In this document: positions 60,349 to 64,000 of the stretch, piece by piece | How positions within the stretch are numbered: the stretch's first letter is position 1 | Layout: each line of letters starts with the position of its first letter | Origin: Bacillales bacterium UBA3207 | GTDB taxonomy: Bacteria > Bacillota_I > Bacilli_A > RFN20 > CAG-826 | Reading direction: 5' to 3' | DNA length: 64,000 bases | Assembly (NCBI GenBank): GCA_002363735.1 | Contig: DEWP01000017.1 | Location: 63,393 to 127,392 of the forward strand | Translations under genes and position numbers: made by a program | Notes under the pieces: generated by a model | Told to the model about the DNA's origin: nothing | Database searches by the model: none | What the model saw: only the letters and a program-made list of their open reading frames with translations

Positions 60349-63281
60349 TATTTACTCACTCCAAAGGTAATTGTAACAAAGCAGTTCTTACGCCAATTCT
60401 GCCATGGATTAATGACTTGTGGATTTGGATCAACTGCTTCAAGCTCTTTGACTTTATCTTCACTGTATTCAACGGAGATTGTCACTGGTGCTTCGCAGAA
60501 AGCGAAGGCTTCGTGGCCAATGCGGGTAATTGTTTTTGGGAGATAGACTTCACCAAGATTACGGCAGTGACTAAAGGCATAGGCACCGATTTCAGTTGTG
60601 CCATTTAATGTGACTTGGACATTTTTGCAGCCCGAGAATAAGCCTTGTGGAATGACTTTTAGGTCATTCAGGTAACCGTTAGCGTTGGTGAAGTTCACAC
60701 AGTTTTCCATACAATAGTTACCAACTTTAGTGATTTCACAGTTGACTAGAGAAAAGTCGATAAGGTTCGCACAGTTAGCGAAGCAACCCGTTTCTAATTC
60801 AAGACTGGCTTTGTTTGCTCCATCGTAAACGATGGTGACATTCTTCACATAGTTAAAGTTATTAAAGAACGCACTTTCAAGAGTAATTTTGTCATAGTGC
60901 TCTTCTGGGAAGTGGACCGTAATGTTTTCTAAAGATGTACATCCATCAAAACATTGTTTGAGGCTTTCTAAAGCATTCACGTTAACAGAGATTGTTTCTA
61001 AGTTATAGCAATTCTTAAACGCGTTATTGTGGATAGTGAGATATTTACAACCCGTTAAGTCTAATGCGGTAATGTGTGTGCCTTCAAAGGCACTTTCACC
61101 AATCTCTTTGAGATTGGAGATATTATCAAAGTTTACATTCTTGACCGCGGAGTTCTTAAAGGCGTTGTTATCAATCTTATAGACTGATGAAGGAATGTTG
61201 ACGGTTTTCATCGAAGATGTTTGTTCAAACGCGGATTCACTCATCACAGTCATATTGTTCTTTTCAAATGTAACTGTTTCTAACGCCGAGTAGTCTTTAA
61301 AGATAGACTTTGGAAGTTGTCCATCGCCTTCGATGTGGACTTCTTTTAATGTTGTTTTAGAGTTTGGAAGATAATTTAGAGCTCTTGTTAAAGAAGCCGT
61401 CTTCGTCTTTAAGCGGACAATACTGCCGCAGCTTTTGAAGGCATCAACATCGATGTCGGCTTTTTCACTAGCAAAGAAGCTCACTTCTTCTAGTGTAGTT
61501 ATGCTACCAAAAGCATCTTGTTCCACTTTTTCCATCATTGGACCAATTTCAATGCTGGTTAATTCAGCGCATCCATAGAAGGCATATTCACCAATGCGGG
61601 TGATGTTTGGGTTCTCATTAAAGAATGTTCCTTGAAGTTTATAACAATTTTGAAAAGCCATATTAGAAATCTTTTTAATATTTGATCCACTAAAGGTTTC
61701 TAAGAATTGGCAATCCTTAAAGGAGGAGTTCCCAATTTCTTCAAGGGAGTTCGTGGCAACAATATGTTTCATGTCACAGCCTTCAAAGGCATGGTCATAG
61801 ATGTCATGCACTTTTGGAAGGGTAATTGTTTCTGGACAGATAGAGTCACTAAAACGGACACGAGGGACCGCATATAAAGTGTCTCTATTATGTGAGTTAT
61901 GACGGATGAGCATGTGGTCTATGACACTAAAACAAGAGTGGTCACTACGAACATCAATATCCATGAGATCTAAATCGAAGTTTAAGAGGTTTGTATTAAT
62001 ATTCGTAATCACAGTAGGAATGACAATTCCAGAGACTTTGGCTCTTAGCGGAGCATCAACATCCACAAATTTATTGAGGAAGTGTGGGTTACCAGTTGTT
62101 TCGTATTTCACCCAGTTGGCTCTAAAGAAGTAGTGACCATGGGAATGCTCAGGAATCGTACGATGAATCTTCCATGTATCATCAACAATTTCGTTACCTT
62201 CCGTATAGTAGCTCCACCCAGCAAAGACGTAACCGTCTTTCTCTGGGAATGGAATACTAATCTCTGGCGAATCATACGAATATGAACTTGGGAGTTTAGC
62301 AATTTCACTATTATCCAGATTGTCATAGTGGATTTCATATTTCTTCGCGTCATATGATGCGACTAAAGTCGCATTATCTTCACTGACATCAAAGGCTGTT
62401 TTATTAATTGGTTGGCCTTTATAAGTCCATTCTCTAAAGGAATAGTGCTCTTTGGTGGCAGTTGGTAAAGTGGCACTGACATCAGAGAGATAGATAAAGT
62501 CTCCTTCAGCCGCACTTGGGGTTCCACCATTACCATCAAATTGGACATGAATCGTCTTTGCCGCATAAACTGCGGTCACACTAACATCACTGTGGGACCC
62601 TCGTTCAATGACAAAGTCTAAGACTGGTTCATCTTCGCTGTTTTCTTTCCAACCAACAAAGTTGTATCCAACTTTCGAGGCTACTGGAAGATGAACATCT
62701 TGGGAATAATAAGTGTAGTGTAATGGAGCATCTTCCGGGATTGTTCCACCATCCAAAAGATATGAAATGGAATAATAGTGATGCGAATATGTCGCGGTTA
62801 GTTCAAAACTAACTTGGTCATTTTTCTGATCATATGCACCGTAAGTAAGCTTCCAACCAGTGAAGTCTTCGAATGATTTCGAAGCCACTTCCGTGACATA
62901 TTTGGTGTCGCTATGCTCTTCGATCACGCGACTTGGAATGTCTTGGCCACCTTGGCTATCGAATTCGACTTCGGCTTGACCATTCCAAAGGACAACTTCG
63001 TTGATCATATCTTCATAGTTAGTATCGCCTTCGTCGATTCGATAGAGTTGATAAGCATAGTCTTGTTTTTTATTACTATCTTTATAGTCTGAAATCGACT
63101 TAAAGGTTTCATACGCGGCTTGGTGCTCACGGTTAATGAGCTGGGTTAAGCCTTTTTGGTATATTTCTTCATTATTGTTGTTGTGGATATGAATGCCTAA
63201 AAAGGTCATTCCCACCGCTACAGCGGCGGCAATAACAGCGCAGGAGGTGCTGATAATGATAATTTTCTTTTTCTTATTCAT
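60348..63281 (-). CDS. Membrane-anchored surface protein with InlB-B/Flg_new repeats and BspA-type LRRs; start moved to 63281
   Basis: MNKKKK plus TM; DYKDS; GYNFVGW and GYVFAGW repeats; IGxxAFxxC repeats. Confidence 0.88.
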   Translation of the reverse strand: MNKKKKIIIISTSCAVIAAAVAVGMTFLGIHIHNNNNEEIYQKGLTQLINREHQAAYETFKSISDYKDSNKKQDYAYQLYRIDEGDTNYEDMINEVVLWNGQAEVEFDSQGGQDIPSRVIEEHSDTKYVTEVASKSFEDFTGWKLTYGAYDQKNDQVSFELTATYSHHYYSISYLLDGGTIPEDAPLHYTYYSQDVHLPVASKVGYNFVGWKENSEDEPVLDFVIERGSHSDVSVTAVYAAKTIHVQFDGNGGTPSAAEGDFIYLSDVSATLPTATKEHYSFREWTYKGQPINKTAFDVSEDNATLVASYDAKKYEIHYDNLDNSEIAKLPSSYSYDSPEISIPFPEKDGYVFAGWSYYTEGNEIVDDTWKIHRTIPEHSHGHYFFRANWVKYETTGNPHFLNKFVDVDAPLRAKVSGIVIPTVITNINTNLLNFDLDLMDIDVRSDHSCFSVIDHMLIRHNSHNRDTLYAVPRVRFSDSICPETITLPKVHDIYDHAFEGCDMKHIVATNSLEEIGNSSFKDCQFLETFSGSNIKKISNMAFQNCYKLQGTFFNENPNITRIGEYAFYGCAELTSIEIGPMMEKVEQDAFGSITTLEEVSFFASEKADIDVDAFKSCGSIVRLKTKTASLTRALNYLPNSKTTLKEVHIEGDGQLPKSIFKDYSALETVTFEKNNMTVMSESAFEQTSSMKTVNIPSSVYKIDNNAFKNSAVKNVNFDNISNLKEIGESAFEGTHITALDLTGCKYLTIHNNAFKNCYNLETISVNVNALESLKQCFDGCTSLENITVHFPEEHYDKITLESAFFNNFNYVKNVTIVYDGANKASLELETGCFANCANLIDFSLVNCEITKVGNYCMENCVNFTNANGYLNDLKVIPQGLFSGCKNVQVTLNGTTEIGAYAFSHCRNLGEVYLPKTITRIGHEAFAFCEAPVTISVEYSEDKVKELEAVDPNPQVINPWQNWRKNCFVTITFGVSK

Positions 63282-64000
63282 TAGTGATCCCTCCCATAGT
63301 AAGCATCCTGACAAATTCCTTTGTAAGTGTAATTACACTTTCTGGTAGAAAGGAAATCATCACTTGTTGGATGATAATCCAGTCTTGTACGGGTATTTTC
63401 TGGATCAATCAGGAAATAACAATTGACATGTTCGAGCTCTAATCCTCCGACTTGTTTAAGTGATTGTAGTTCAAGAACGACATCGACATCAGATTCGAAA
63501 ATCGCCCGGTAGTAACCAGTGTCACTACCAACAGGAATTTCATAGTTCACACTCAGGGTGTCTAAATCATGATGTGCATCAAGGTAGTTACCAATATGAG
63601 TGTCAAATAATTCGTAATTACCTGGCAAATCGCTAAACTGTGTGAGTGTATGTCCGTGCAGTATTTCCGAAATTGTTCGTTCGGAACGATCAACGACAGC
63701 AAGCTGCATTGGACGAAGCAAGAATGCTGAATCGTCATTAATAAATCGTGGGGTAACAGAGGTCATCGTGTCATCATAGTAACAATCTTTATTGAGAACC
63801 TCTTGAACCATGGTCCGAGCTAAAAGCTGATTGTATGAATTAATCACACCCTCGAAATTCGCGGTTAATGTTACGGTTTCGGTTTCAGTACCATCGAAAT
63901 GGTAGACCGTATCACCAACTTCTTCTAAATTCGCCACATATAACGGCATGTGATAGAAGCGTCCTATGTGGATATAACAGTATTCCAAATCGTGTTCTGT
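63281..64000 (-). CDS. Hypothetical protein; partial, frame stays open to the window edge
   Basis: Open frame through 64000; TAATG overlap with the LRR gene. Confidence 0.65.
   Translation of the reverse strand, partial: TEHDLEYCYIHIGRFYHMPLYVANLEEVGDTVYHFDGTETETVTLTANFEGVINSYNQLLARTMVQEVLNKDCYYDDTMTSVTPRFINDDSAFLLRPMQLAVVDRSERTISEILHGHTLTQFSDLPGNYELFDTHIGNYLDAHHDLDTLSVNYEIPVGSDTGYYRAIFESDVDVVLELQSLKQVGGLELEHVNCYFLIDPENTRTRLDYHPTSDDFLSTRKCNYTYKGICQDAYYGRDH

Noticed and set aside
1309..62566. The many 60-140 aa antisense or off-frame ORFs in the track
   Set aside because: They lie inside well-supported genes, lack RBS or motifs, and reflect codon bias of the real strand.
1..64000. CRISPR array, IS/transposase, integrase, prophage, rRNA, dif site
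   Set aside because: No regularly spaced repeats or recognisable motifs seen. The 24-bp copies are kilobases apart, so they are not an array.

Overview
Low-GC chromosomal window from a Bacillota (class Bacilli) bacterium using genetic code 11 (TGA is a stop). Gene content suggests an uncultured, genome-reduced RF39/RFN20/Erysipelotrichales-like lineage, but that placement is inference. Most genes are on the minus strand. About 1-45 kb is housekeeping: recJ, secDF, ruvAB, nadE, obgE, rplU-prp-rpmA, radC, greA, ruvX, alaS, trpB, an aromatic amino acid ABC transporter, mnmA, dtd, pdp, rsmF, plsC, pulA, ftsK, rnj, a glpA-like trio, pnp, rpsO, ribF, truB, ttcA, rbfA, infB, nusA and rimP. About 45-64 kb is accessory: membrane and surface proteins, an XRE regulator, an ECF sigma/anti-sigma pair, a tRNA, a K+ channel and an LRR adhesin. 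I saw no CRISPR array, transposase or integrase. Most notable observations: (1) an asymmetric 24-bp site, AAAATAACCAGCAAWTYNCGGTTA, present 4 times between 39 and 59 kb, twice inside genes in different reading frames; (2) an HTH-TrpB fusion with no trpA, divergent from a Trp-type ABC importer; (3) an ultrashort alanine T-box with no conventional terminator; (4) a candidate sRNA after the ECF/anti-sigma pair that is complementary to the sigma factor's own start-codon region; (5) an operon of a 1201-aa repeated beta-domain protein, a partner and a PAP2 enzyme, a candidate lipid-scavenging system; (6) an unannotated 57-aa peptide with a bacteriocin-like leader coupled to radC; (7) repeated leaderless-mRNA promoter geometry; (8) a degenerate tRNA-Arg(UCU).
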